A stretch of 64,000 nucleotides of DNA from the IMG/VR virus record IMGVR_UViG_3300025894_000009; one strand, given 5' to 3'. Source of the DNA: an uncultured virus (IMG/VR IMGVR_UViG_3300025894_000009) (Duplodnaviria; Heunggongvirae; Uroviricota; Caudoviricetes). This document shows positions 54,832-62,888 of the stretch, piece by piece (the first letter of the stretch is position 1; each line of letters begins with the position of its first letter). The notes beneath the pieces were generated by a model that was not told the origin of the DNA, searched no databases, and saw nothing but the letters and a program-made list of their open reading frames with translations. Both the position numbers and the translations under genes were made by a program.

Positions 54832-55082
54832 GTACTAAAACTTTCTTTGAACTCTCGGTTTAATTGATCTAGATATTCGTTACTAAAAAGCAAAATTTCT
54901 TTTTTATTATTATTGAGATCCGACTCATAATCGTACAAACGATATGGAACCCACTCATCTGGAATGATTCTTTTAATAATAATCTTAGCACCCTTTTCAG
55001 TCCGTAAGATTACCCTGTCTTCTTTACGAAGATAAATCGTCTGAAAAGATTCTGGGGTTAAAATAATATCTTCAATGGCCAT
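54828..55082 (-). CDS. gp53: gp53 C-terminal part (split gene)
   Basis: YDYESDLNNNKKEILLFSNEYLDQLNREFK matches the gp53 C-terminal motif YEYExxLNExKRxIxL..YLxQFxxEF. Has its own GGAG RBS. Confidence 0.65.
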   Translation of the reverse strand: MAIEDIILTPESFQTIYLRKEDRVILRTEKGAKIIIKRIIPDEWVPYRLYDYESDLNNNKKEILLFSNEYLDQLNREFKESFST

Positions 55083-55085
55083 CTA

Positions 55086-55466
55086 TTAGACTCCTGCAGG
55101 TCTATAATAATAAACAATGTTATCTTCGGTATCTTCAGATCGGAGCCAATTAAGAATTTCGTATCCTTCTGCATCAGCAATATCAGCATATTTCTCAATC
55201 AGATACTCATGAAGTTGATCTTGACTTTTGGGCCAATCGTGATAGGGGTCAGTAATAGCATTTGCCAAATATACCAACCAAATATAATCTACGGAACCAT
55301 AATAATATTGAGCTATATCTTCGGGTCTTTCACCTTCTTTTACCGTATATGGCAGATGTAGATAAGGATTGGTCGAAATATCTTTTACGAATTGAGTTCG
55401 TCGTGTAATGTCCTTGACACGCCTACCTTGATATTCTATAATAGGAAAATTTTTAAAGTATTTCAT
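55086..55466 (-). CDS. gp53: Baseplate wedge gp53, N-terminal (LysM-like) part
   Basis: YFKNFPIIEY..DITRR..YTVKEGERPEDIAQYYYGSVDYIWLVYLANAITDPYHDWP. Confidence 0.85.
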   Translation of the reverse strand: MKYFKNFPIIEYQGRRVKDITRRTQFVKDISTNPYLHLPYTVKEGERPEDIAQYYYGSVDYIWLVYLANAITDPYHDWPKSQDQLHEYLIEKYADIADAEGYEILNWLRSEDTEDNIVYYYRPAGV

Positions 55467-56542
55467 TATTCCGCTCCATCCGTGATCCCAATGACTTCAT
55501 TTGCCTCCGCGCCGTAGTCTTCAGCAGTATGAATTCCGAGTTCGGATATCTCAATACTGATTGTTACCGCAACGGGCTTCCCGCCCTTTAATATAGCCAT
55601 ATCAGTACCACCTGCATAATCAACACCGACCTTTGAGATCATAGAAGGCTTAAATCTTGGATAATAACTTTCATCGATGCCAATTAAAGACACATCGACG
55701 ATGCTTGGATAATTTAAAAAGACTCTGGGCATACCGGTGACACTCTGGAATGTCGGCAATGCATTTCTCTTAAATAAATTTACGATATTTTTAATCATCA
55801 CAGAGTCAGCCGGACTTGATGGATATAGTGTCCATTCAAATGCATGTGACTTCAGATCTACACCACCAAAAGCCAGAGTCTCTTTTGGGTTGATTATCTT
55901 ACCGGTGACAGCATCTATTGTTTTCCCCATCTCACCAGGGATTGGTAAAAATTGTTGTAATGCATATCTTGTTGCGGCCGCTGCTGTTGCATTGTCAATC
56001 TTGCCAAGAGATGATAAGGTACTATTGATCATGTCTTGTAACTTACCCATACCTTCAGATGCACCTCCCTTCATACTAGCAAAATCCATGCCGCCAAAGT
56101 TTTGAATGCCGGTTGCAAGCTTACCCGCGAAATCGCCACCAGCACCCACCGCATTTTTGATTGAATCACCAATTGTCCCACCACTCGAGTCTCCGAAATT
56201 CTTGATTCCTTTTGCGATTGAAGCTACAAAACCACTCTGTTCAAACCCTTCTAATCTTACAGAGATATCATCAGACAACGCGGTAGGAAAGGGCAATTCA
56301 ATCGAAGAAGTCTTGCTTATCTGTGCACTGTTCGCGTTAGTGATCCCATTTGTCTGGTTGGATTGTAAGTCTTGGGGCGAAGAAAAAGTTTGATAATTTG
56401 AATCAAGGTCGTTATAATCATATTGCTTGAAAATGAAAAGAATACCGTGTGGATACGGAGTAGTCGGAAACGAAAGCCTCTCCGATTTCATCTTCTCTTT
56501 ATTTTCGCGAATTGCGAGCTCTGGCCTTGCTGATCGAGGCAT
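55466..56542 (-). CDS. gp48: Baseplate tail-tube cap gp48
   Basis: IELPFP, IINPKETLAFGGVDLKSHAFEWTLYP..IKNIVNLFK..FLNYP, RFKP..VDY. Confidence 0.8.
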   Translation of the reverse strand: MPRSARPELAIRENKEKMKSERLSFPTTPYPHGILFIFKQYDYNDLDSNYQTFSSPQDLQSNQTNGITNANSAQISKTSSIELPFPTALSDDISVRLEGFEQSGFVASIAKGIKNFGDSSGGTIGDSIKNAVGAGGDFAGKLATGIQNFGGMDFASMKGGASEGMGKLQDMINSTLSSLGKIDNATAAAATRYALQQFLPIPGEMGKTIDAVTGKIINPKETLAFGGVDLKSHAFEWTLYPSSPADSVMIKNIVNLFKRNALPTFQSVTGMPRVFLNYPSIVDVSLIGIDESYYPRFKPSMISKVGVDYAGGTDMAILKGGKPVAVTISIEISELGIHTAEDYGAEANEVIGITDGAE

Positions 56543-56561
56543 ATGAGATTCCTTGGTTTGA

Positions 56562-56569
56562 TATAAATA
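56562..56569 (+). promoter_or_regulatory. T4-type late promoter for the gp4 operon
   Basis: Exact TATAAATA in the divergent intergenic region. Confidence 0.8.
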
Positions 56570-56586
56570 TTAAGGCAATTACATTT

Positions 56587-56594
56587 TATTTATA
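56587..56594 (-). promoter_or_regulatory. T4-type late promoter for the gp48 operon
   Basis: Exact TATAAATA on the minus strand. Confidence 0.8.
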
Positions 56595-56607
56595 TCGAAA
56601 CTGAAAA

Positions 56608-57066
56608 ATGGCATACAAAGGTAAGTTCCGCCCTAAAAATCCCTCGAAATACAAGGGGAATCCTACGGGTATTATTTACAGGTCACTGTGGGAATTAAAA
56701 TTTTTTCGATTGGTGGATGATCACCCTGATGTCATTTGGTGGCAATCGGAAGAACTTATAGTTCCTTATCGGTCACCAATAGATAAAAAGATTCATCGAT
56801 ATTACCCAGATGTCATCGTGCACATGCGAAAAAGAGATGGTAATATGGGCACGTTGATGATAGAGATTAAACCGGCAGGTCAGACAAGACCTCCAGATAT
56901 AAAGAAGAAGAATGCAACCCCAACCGGTCGCCTTTCACGAAGATATTTAAATGAGGTAAAAACGTGGGGTGTGAATGATGCTAAATGGAAAGCGGCACGA
57001 AGTTACTGTGCCGATCGTGGTTGGGAATTTCAGATCTGGACTGAAAAGGAATTAGGGATTAAATGA
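56608..57066 (+). CDS. gp4: Head completion nuclease gp4 (TnsA-like)
   Basis: YKGKFRPKNPSKYKG..IIYRSLWE..WQSEE..YRSP..HRYYPD..EIKP..NDAKWKAA. Confidence 0.92.
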   Translation: MAYKGKFRPKNPSKYKGNPTGIIYRSLWELKFFRLVDDHPDVIWWQSEELIVPYRSPIDKKIHRYYPDVIVHMRKRDGNMGTLMIEIKPAGQTRPPDIKKKNATPTGRLSRRYLNEVKTWGVNDAKWKAARSYCADRGWEFQIWTEKELGIK

Positions 57067-57527
57067 TTAAGTTATTGTTCATTGCAGTGATGTTGTTACA
57101 ATCACAGGCAAAGGCCTCGTGTCAGGCGCATGGTGATCATGAATCTATCGATCAATTGTGTGGCACGGATATGCCTATTAACAATACAATTTTTTATGAA
57201 AACACATCACAGGAACCAATTGTTTTGTGGCGAGTATATAATACATCATATCCTCAATCAGCCATGGGACGATGGTGGTCTTTAGATGATCCGACAAAGA
57301 GTTCCAAGGACGAATATCGCCAGGCAAATGCGATCTGTCCAGAATGGAGTCCCTTAGACGGTATCGCCAAGTGTGAACTCAGACCTGGCGGAGATTTTGT
57401 GATAGGTCATACAGACGCAGTAAGATGTAAGACAGTAAATTATCTTGCATCTGATACACTTCAAATATTCTTGGTCAACCCATTGGAAGACCTTTACAAT
57501 TGTACAGTCTCGGACTGGGAGGATTAA
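57063..57527 (+). CDS. Hypothetical secreted Cys-rich protein
   Basis: Signal-peptide-like MIKLLFIAVMLLQSQAKA and 6 Cys. ATGA and TAATG overlaps with gp4 and gp2. Confidence 0.65.
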   Translation: MIKLLFIAVMLLQSQAKASCQAHGDHESIDQLCGTDMPINNTIFYENTSQEPIVLWRVYNTSYPQSAMGRWWSLDDPTKSSKDEYRQANAICPEWSPLDGIAKCELRPGGDFVIGHTDAVRCKTVNYLASDTLQIFLVNPLEDLYNCTVSDWED

Positions 57528-58132
57528 TGGCTCAAATATTCGACGAAATATTATTAAAAGGTATTCGTGCGGGACAAGCGCCGGGCAGAACAAAAAAGGC
57601 CAGAGAATGGTATCGTGCGCAAGCACAAAAGGTTGGCAAAGGTGAGGCCACACAGTCGAAAATGGAATCTCAATTGACCAAGTCAGGTCGAGCAAAGGGT
57701 AGAATTGTATACGGTAATATGTATGCGTTTGCCTATGATCCTAAACATAAAGATACTCTACCATACTATGATAAATTTCCTCTCGTTTTTCCTATAAATA
57801 AGGCAAAGGGTGGCTTTCTTGGTATCAATCTACATTATCTACCACCTGCTTTAAGAGCAAAATTAATGGATGCACTTTATTCTGCAACCAATAATAAAAA
57901 ATACGATGATTCGACAAAATTAAAAATCTCATATGATATATTAAATGGGGCTGCAAAATTTAAAGAGTTTAAACCGACAATAAAGCATTATCTGTCTACA
58001 CAACTTGCTTCAAGGTTTCTTTTAATTGCTCCTGCTGAATGGGATACCGCATTATTTTTACCAACTGCGAATTTTGTCGGGGCTTCTAAACAGAAAGTGT
58101 GGGCCGATTCAAGACGAATCATACGAGGATAA
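57527..58132 (+). CDS. gp2: DNA end protector gp2
   Basis: MYAFAYDPKHKDTLPYYDKFPLVF..GFLGINLHYLPP. The real start is probably the ATG at 57527 (GGAGG RBS, TAATG overlap) rather than 57500. Confidence 0.92.
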   Translation: MAQIFDEILLKGIRAGQAPGRTKKAREWYRAQAQKVGKGEATQSKMESQLTKSGRAKGRIVYGNMYAFAYDPKHKDTLPYYDKFPLVFPINKAKGGFLGINLHYLPPALRAKLMDALYSATNNKKYDDSTKLKISYDILNGAAKFKEFKPTIKHYLSTQLASRFLLIAPAEWDTALFLPTANFVGASKQKVWADSRRIIRG

Positions 58133-58135
58133 TAG

Positions 58136-58915
58136 ATGCCTTTCAATATATCAAATTTCAAGTCTGCATTCGATCGCCACGGTGGTCCGGCAAAGGCATC
58201 TCTATTCGAGCTTAGAATATCTCATATACCTAAAAAGAATACATCACAAATTGGTGCTAGAGATTTTTCATTCTTTTGTAAAAGTGCTACAGTTCCTGGC
58301 CTTTCGATCTCAACAGCGGAAGATATAAAGGTAGCTCAATTAAAGAAAGCATTTCCTACGACGTTGAATAAAGAACCTTTGAATACAATCTTCATGGTCG
58401 ATTCAAATCACGAAATACTCACCTTCTTTGTTCAGTGGATGCAAACTGTAGTCAATTTTGGTACCTCCGGCGGAATGTACTCAGACATTGACGACCAATT
58501 ACCGTTTGAGGTTGGTTATAAGAGTGACTATTCAATGGACATTACTGTTCGTCATTATACAACAGATTCCTTGGAGTTCAAATTCCAAGAAACAAAATTT
58601 ATTAACGCCTATCCAGTCAGCATGGGCGATTTAGAATTATCGTGGGATGACAATGATTCTTTTCTTACCCTTCCAATTTCCTTTGAGTATGATCGTTTTC
58701 AATTATCAAATGAAATAGGTGGCTCGAATACAAGCAGATTAGGACGTGGTTCAGGTCTCTTGGAAACCATAGGAGCAATTGCAGGATTTGCTGATGTCGT
58801 GAGGCAAACAGTAAATCAGGGTAGCGGTATAACATCAATTCAGGATGCTGTCAATAGATTGACAAGAGTCCGAAATTCTTTTGATAATATTAGCGACGTC
58901 TTCGGAGGCGGCTAA
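58136..58915 (+). CDS. Tail tube / tube initiator protein (gp54/gp19-like)
   Basis: FNISNFKS..GGPAKASLF..FFCKSATVPG..FINAYPVSMGDLELSWD..ISFEY. Confidence 0.75.
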   Translation: MPFNISNFKSAFDRHGGPAKASLFELRISHIPKKNTSQIGARDFSFFCKSATVPGLSISTAEDIKVAQLKKAFPTTLNKEPLNTIFMVDSNHEILTFFVQWMQTVVNFGTSGGMYSDIDDQLPFEVGYKSDYSMDITVRHYTTDSLEFKFQETKFINAYPVSMGDLELSWDDNDSFLTLPISFEYDRFQLSNEIGGSNTSRLGRGSGLLETIGAIAGFADVVRQTVNQGSGITSIQDAVNRLTRVRNSFDNISDVFGGG

Positions 58916-58931
58916 CATATAGGAGTACATC

Positions 58932-59633
58932 ATGGCTTTACCAAAAATTGACCTACCGATGATGGAGATGGTTCTACCATCATCAGGCGAAAAAATCAAA
59001 TACAGACCTTTCACAGTAAAAGAAGAAAAAATCTTATTGGTTGCTCAGGAATCGCAAGATCCAGAACAAGAAATACTAGCAGCCAAACAAGTGGTGAATA
59101 ATTGTCTCATAGACAAAGACATCAATGAATTGGCTATGTTTGATTTGGAGTTTGTCTTATTGACAATGAGATCCAAATCGATTGACAACAAGCTAGAATT
59201 TAGAATAACTGATCCAGATACAAGTGAATCTGTAGAGGTTGAATTAAATCTAGATGAAATGAAATTAGTAGAAGACGCTAATCACACAAATCGAATCAAG
59301 GTCAACGACGAATATTTCATAATACTTAAATATCCAAAAATCGATGAGTTCATTAAGATTGTATCATATGAACCTACAGATCCTTTGGTAAATTATTTCA
59401 TTATGGTTTCTTGTCTCGATAAGCTTGTTTCAGAAGATGAGAGTCACGATTTTGGAGAGTACAGCGAAGAAGAAATCGATGATTTTATGAATAATATGAC
59501 AGGAAATGTTCTCAAAGGAATTCAAACCTTTTTTGAGACCATGCCCAAACTACGACACGAATTTAATTATACGAACAGTGCGGGTTCAGAGAAAACATTT
59601 GTCATTGAGGGTATGCGCACTTTTTTTATCTAA
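58932..59633 (+). CDS. gp26: Baseplate hub assembly protein gp26
   Basis: MALPKIDLP..LPSSGEKIKYRPFTVKEEKILL..FDLEFVLLTMRSKS..FFETMPKL..EGMRTFF. Confidence 0.9.
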   Translation: MALPKIDLPMMEMVLPSSGEKIKYRPFTVKEEKILLVAQESQDPEQEILAAKQVVNNCLIDKDINELAMFDLEFVLLTMRSKSIDNKLEFRITDPDTSESVEVELNLDEMKLVEDANHTNRIKVNDEYFIILKYPKIDEFIKIVSYEPTDPLVNYFIMVSCLDKLVSEDESHDFGEYSEEEIDDFMNNMTGNVLKGIQTFFETMPKLRHEFNYTNSAGSEKTFVIEGMRTFFI

Positions 59634-59803
59634 TGTTGTGTCACACTAATCTGGCAAATTATTATCAAACTATATTTGCCTTGGCGCAACATCATAAATA
59701 CTCTATAACTGAGGTAGAAAGTTTGATACCATACGAGAGAGATCTCTACTTTGCAATGCTAGTAAGCTGGTTAGAAGAACAGAAAGAAAAGCAGAAAAAA
59801 TAA
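59633..59803 (+). CDS. gp51: Baseplate hub assembly catalyst gp51-like (56 aa; below ORF-track cutoff)
   Basis: MLCHTNLANYYQTIFALAQHHKYSITEVESLIPYERDLYFAMLVSWLEEQKEKQKK matches the YY..FALxQHHKYS.TE.E...P.ERD.Y motif. Lies in the -1 frame relative to gp26. Confidence 0.85.
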   Translation: MLCHTNLANYYQTIFALAQHHKYSITEVESLIPYERDLYFAMLVSWLEEQKEKQKK

Positions 59804-61603
59804 ATGGCAGAAAATACATTACCAGGTCGAGGACGCGGTCCTAGTTTAAAGGAACAACGGTCTGAGGCATCCGACGACTCTAGGACCTCAACACAGACGC
59901 AGGAAATTGTTGATCGTTTAAAGAAGGATGGGGAGCTTCTTAGGAATAAGGGCAAGAATTCTATTCGATCAGTTAATATAGAATTATCTAAATTTAGTGA
60001 TGCTTTTAATGCAATTTCTGGTAGCATTCAAAATCAAAGTGGAATCTTGGCTGGCATGCAGGCAACTGCAGAAGATCAAGCTGAAATCGCACAGAAGAAG
60101 TCCGACTTCGACGAATTGAGCGAAGGTAAGGAATCTGATACCGCAAGAGAAATCAGGCTGCTACGAGAAAAAGCAGAGCTATTCAATGCCAAGGCAGATT
60201 TAAATGATGCGAAAAAACGCGACGGTGGAGGACTAGGTGATATATTAGGTAAACTTGCAAGTGGAGGTTTCTTAAAGACTCTGGGCTTACTTGCTGGAGG
60301 TGGCTTCATTGCATATAATCTAGCAAAGGGATTCATTAATAAGATGACCGATGGTGGGTTTGATACATTTGTCAAATCTGTGCAAGATTTTGATTGGACA
60401 GGTTTGGGTACCACCATCGTTGAGTTTATGGGCAGCGCGAAGGATGGTTTGGCGAATATGATTACCTTCTTCGACGATCCACTCAAGATTCTTGCAGGTC
60501 TCACTGGAGCAGCAGTCGGTGCAAAACTCCTCACATCAATCGGAACCTCAATTGCAGCAAAAGCAATTGGCCAATTAGTGATGGGATCACCCGGAGCAAT
60601 GTCTGGTGCTGGTGGTAAGGGCATGGGAAAGGCAATGATGGGTGCTCTTGGTGCCGCCGGTCTGATATACGCACAAGATATTGCTGATTTTATTGTCGGG
60701 GAGGCAAAAAATTCTGATGTAACAAAAATAGATATCAAAAATGCAGCTACTACAGTAGGTATATCAGTAGCAAGTGGTGCAACAATTGGAGCTATGTTTG
60801 GCCCCAAAGGCATGTTGGCCGGTGCTATTTTAGGTGGTGCTTACGGTCTTGGTCTAGGACTTGTGGATTATGTAAAAGAAAATCTCTTGGATATGGGGAA
60901 AACGTCAAAGGAAGGCAAACAGGCAATCCAGAAACTAAGAGCTCGAAAAGAGATGGTCGAAGCGATGGGTCAAGAGAAGTTTGATGCATGGGCTGCCGGC
61001 AACGAAGACATGAATGAAGAGTTGCTCTTACAACAAGCTTTTGAAGCTCAAGAAGATATAAGAGCAAAATTAGAAGAAGCAAAGAAAAAGAAGGCCAACG
61101 TTAAGACTACAGATCTCGTCAGTATCAACAGGTATACGGGGGAAAGAACATACAGAGCGCGCAATCAAGACTCTATATTAAGAGACCTCGAACGAGCCGA
61201 CGAAGAAATACAGAGATACCAAGATCAATTAATGACATTGGATTCTGCATTGCAAACAACAGGATATGATCCGACGGCGCTAATCCCGAAAGTTGAAGCG
61301 ATCCCGTTTGATCAAAGTGGTCCTGAAATGGCCCCGGGCAAAATCGTTGAAACCGAAGAGGAAATGTCACCTGAGCTTAAAGCATATTTGGACCGAAATG
61401 ACATATCAAAACCCATTGCCGGCCCTTCTCCCATCGCGATGGCTCCAATAATGGCTCCAATATCAATTAATTATGTGTCTGGTGCACCAGTAAATAATGT
61501 ACTGAATCAAAATGTACAAGGTGGATCAAGCGTCGCCTCTATGACATCTATGAGTTTAGGTGGTGGTAGTGGTGGACAAGATGTATTTGGAGCTGTAAGT
61601 TAA
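59804..61603 (+). CDS. Probable tape measure / hub protein (gp29-like), 599 aa
   Basis: Position after gp26/gp51, helical Ala/Gly-rich hydrophobic segments and coiled coils. Length similar to T4 gp29. Confidence 0.6.
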   Translation: MAENTLPGRGRGPSLKEQRSEASDDSRTSTQTQEIVDRLKKDGELLRNKGKNSIRSVNIELSKFSDAFNAISGSIQNQSGILAGMQATAEDQAEIAQKKSDFDELSEGKESDTAREIRLLREKAELFNAKADLNDAKKRDGGGLGDILGKLASGGFLKTLGLLAGGGFIAYNLAKGFINKMTDGGFDTFVKSVQDFDWTGLGTTIVEFMGSAKDGLANMITFFDDPLKILAGLTGAAVGAKLLTSIGTSIAAKAIGQLVMGSPGAMSGAGGKGMGKAMMGALGAAGLIYAQDIADFIVGEAKNSDVTKIDIKNAATTVGISVASGATIGAMFGPKGMLAGAILGGAYGLGLGLVDYVKENLLDMGKTSKEGKQAIQKLRARKEMVEAMGQEKFDAWAAGNEDMNEELLLQQAFEAQEDIRAKLEEAKKKKANVKTTDLVSINRYTGERTYRARNQDSILRDLERADEEIQRYQDQLMTLDSALQTTGYDPTALIPKVEAIPFDQSGPEMAPGKIVETEEEMSPELKAYLDRNDISKPIAGPSPIAMAPIMAPISINYVSGAPVNNVLNQNVQGGSSVASMTSMSLGGGSGGQDVFGAVS

Positions 61604-61637
61604 AAAAAAGGAGCCCTATTCGGACTCCTTTCGTTTT
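61602..61637 (-). terminator. Rho-independent terminator, probably bidirectional
   Basis: Minus strand GGAGTCC-GAATA-GGGCTCC followed by T8. The plus strand also has a T-rich tail. Sits between convergent operons. Confidence 0.75.
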
Positions 61638-61762
61638 AGTTCTTCTCTTTTTCTGAAAGATTCACCAAGATTATGGTCGTACATTTCGATGAAATTCATC
61701 CATTTCAGACCTTCTTTGAAATCTGCCCAGAGTTGAGAAAAGAAATCACGCAACCTCTGCAT
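61616..61762 (-). CDS. Small hypothetical protein (48 aa)
   Basis: MQRLRDFFSQLWADFKEGLKWMNFIEMYDHNLGESFRKREELKRKESE. GAGGT RBS 5 nt before the ATG. Fills the gap between the peroxiredoxin gene and the terminator. Confidence 0.5.
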   Translation of the reverse strand: MQRLRDFFSQLWADFKEGLKWMNFIEMYDHNLGESFRKREELKRKESE

Positions 61763-62327
61763 CTTTAACCTCAGACCTAACCGCAAAGCGATCGGCTACT
61801 TCTTCTAGATAAGCGATTACAGATTCAGGTGATGTTACACTATAAGGATCATCTTCACAAAGATCTATCTTGCCAGGTTCTTCGAATCCTTGTTCGATAA
61901 CACTATCGGTAACTACCATAGCATATCGCCAAGATCGGTGACCAAAGCCAAGATTATCTTTATCTACCAACATGCCAAGTGCTTTCGTAAACTTACCAGA
62001 ACCATCGGGAATCATCTTGATGTTTTCCACCCCTTGAGCCTTAGCCCAAGCATTCATCACAAATGCATCATTGACTGATACACAATAAACATCATCCACA
62101 TGAAGAGACTTAATGCATTCATAAGCTTCTTCAAAGCCAGGTACTTGGTATGTTGAACACGTAGGTGTGAATGCCCCAGGCAAGCTGAAAACAACCACGC
62201 GCTTATTCTCGAATAAATCATCAGTGGTTTTGTCTTCCCAACGATAGGGATTGTCACCGCCGATTGATTCATCGCGAACTCGTGTTTTAAAGACTACCTG
62301 AGGTAGTAGTCGTCCTTGTAGTTCCAT
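61746..62327 (-). CDS. Peroxiredoxin (Prx5/type II, Redoxin family), auxiliary gene
   Basis: FSLPGAFTPTCS peroxidatic motif, SVNDAFVMNAW and GFGHRSWRY. AGGAGA RBS. Confidence 0.92.
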   Translation of the reverse strand: MELQGRLLPQVVFKTRVRDESIGGDNPYRWEDKTTDDLFENKRVVVFSLPGAFTPTCSTYQVPGFEEAYECIKSLHVDDVYCVSVNDAFVMNAWAKAQGVENIKMIPDGSGKFTKALGMLVDKDNLGFGHRSWRYAMVVTDSVIEQGFEEPGKIDLCEDDPYSVTSPESVIAYLEEVADRFAVRSEVKDAEVA

Positions 62328-62342
62328 TATATAGTTCTCCTA

Positions 62343-62792
62343 TCAATCGACCAAAAGTTCTCTTGTGGAACCGATGGCTATTTTCTTGGGTCTTTTCTCT
62401 TCTGGAATAATTCGTTCCAATTGAATAGTTAAAAGACCATTGACATACTCGGCTCCTTGCACTTCAATATCATCAGCTAGAGTGAATGAACGAGTAAATT
62501 TCTTTCTTGAAATACCGCGATGAAGATATTCGCCAGTAACATTATCATCGCTAGATTCATCCCACGCGGATTTGACAGTCAAGGTATTTTCTTTGTGCTC
62601 GATGTCAATATCTTCTTGGTTGAGTCCGGCGAGAGCAATGTCGATGTAGAACTTCTCGTCATCCCTGCGGATATTGTATGGGGGGAATCCTTGGTTATTT
62701 GGATGCTGGTGCGACTGCTCCAACAACCGATCGAACATGCGATCGAAACCAACGGAATAGGGGGTTAACGTATTAAGGTTAAATCGTGTCAT
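62343..62792 (-). CDS. hsp20: Small heat shock protein Hsp20 (IbpA-like)
   Basis: VGFDRMFDRL..FPPYNI..ALAG..YLHRGIS.RKFTRSFTLA..GLLTIQLERIIPEEKRPKKIAI. Start placed at the ATG at 62792 behind AAGGAGA. Confidence 0.92.
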   Translation of the reverse strand: MTRFNLNTLTPYSVGFDRMFDRLLEQSHQHPNNQGFPPYNIRRDDEKFYIDIALAGLNQEDIDIEHKENTLTVKSAWDESSDDNVTGEYLHRGISRKKFTRSFTLADDIEVQGAEYVNGLLTIQLERIIPEEKRPKKIAIGSTRELLVD

Positions 62793-62797
62793 TGTGC

Positions 62798-62876
62798 TAT
62801 CTCCTTTTAAGCAAGACATTTAGTTTTGTGTAGGTAAAACCCTACGGTTCAATGGGACCCTTTCGGCATCCCACGG
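62798..62876 (-). promoter_or_regulatory. ROSE-like RNA thermometer in the hsp20 5' UTR
   Basis: Three hairpins. The last, UGUCUUGCU-UAAA-AGGAGAUA, pairs the UUGCU motif (bulged G) with the SD. Confidence 0.7.
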
Positions 62877-62880
62877 AATT

Positions 62881-62888
62881 TATTTATA
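62881..62888 (-). promoter_or_regulatory. T4-type late promoter TATAAATA for hsp20
   Basis: Exact consensus immediately after the dut stop codon. Confidence 0.75.

Noticed and set aside
55083..55088. Stop-codon reassignment or readthrough at the gp53 split
   Set aside because: There are two different consecutive stops (TAA TAG), TAA ends most genes here, the downstream ORF has its own RBS, and long ORFs are intact under the standard code.
56608..57066. TnsA-like nuclease as a transposon or homing endonuclease
   Set aside because: Sequence and position match the core T4 head-completion protein gp4.
57793..57800. Intragenic TATAAATA in gp2 (and CATAAATA at 59693-59700 in gp51)
   Set aside because: Both may be real internal late promoters, but they coincide with coding sequence (PINK, HKY) in AT-rich DNA, so they cannot be supported from sequence alone.
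60076..60813. 245-aa antisense ORF, and similar ones at 31818-32570 and 51862-52401
   Set aside because: They are antisense shadows of Gly/Ala- or Ser/Asn-rich genes, with no recognisable motifs.
62793..62819. Upstream hsp20 start at 62819 given in the ORF track
   Set aside because: The strong AAGGAGA SD sits before the ATG at 62792, and the extension corresponds to the thermometer hairpin.
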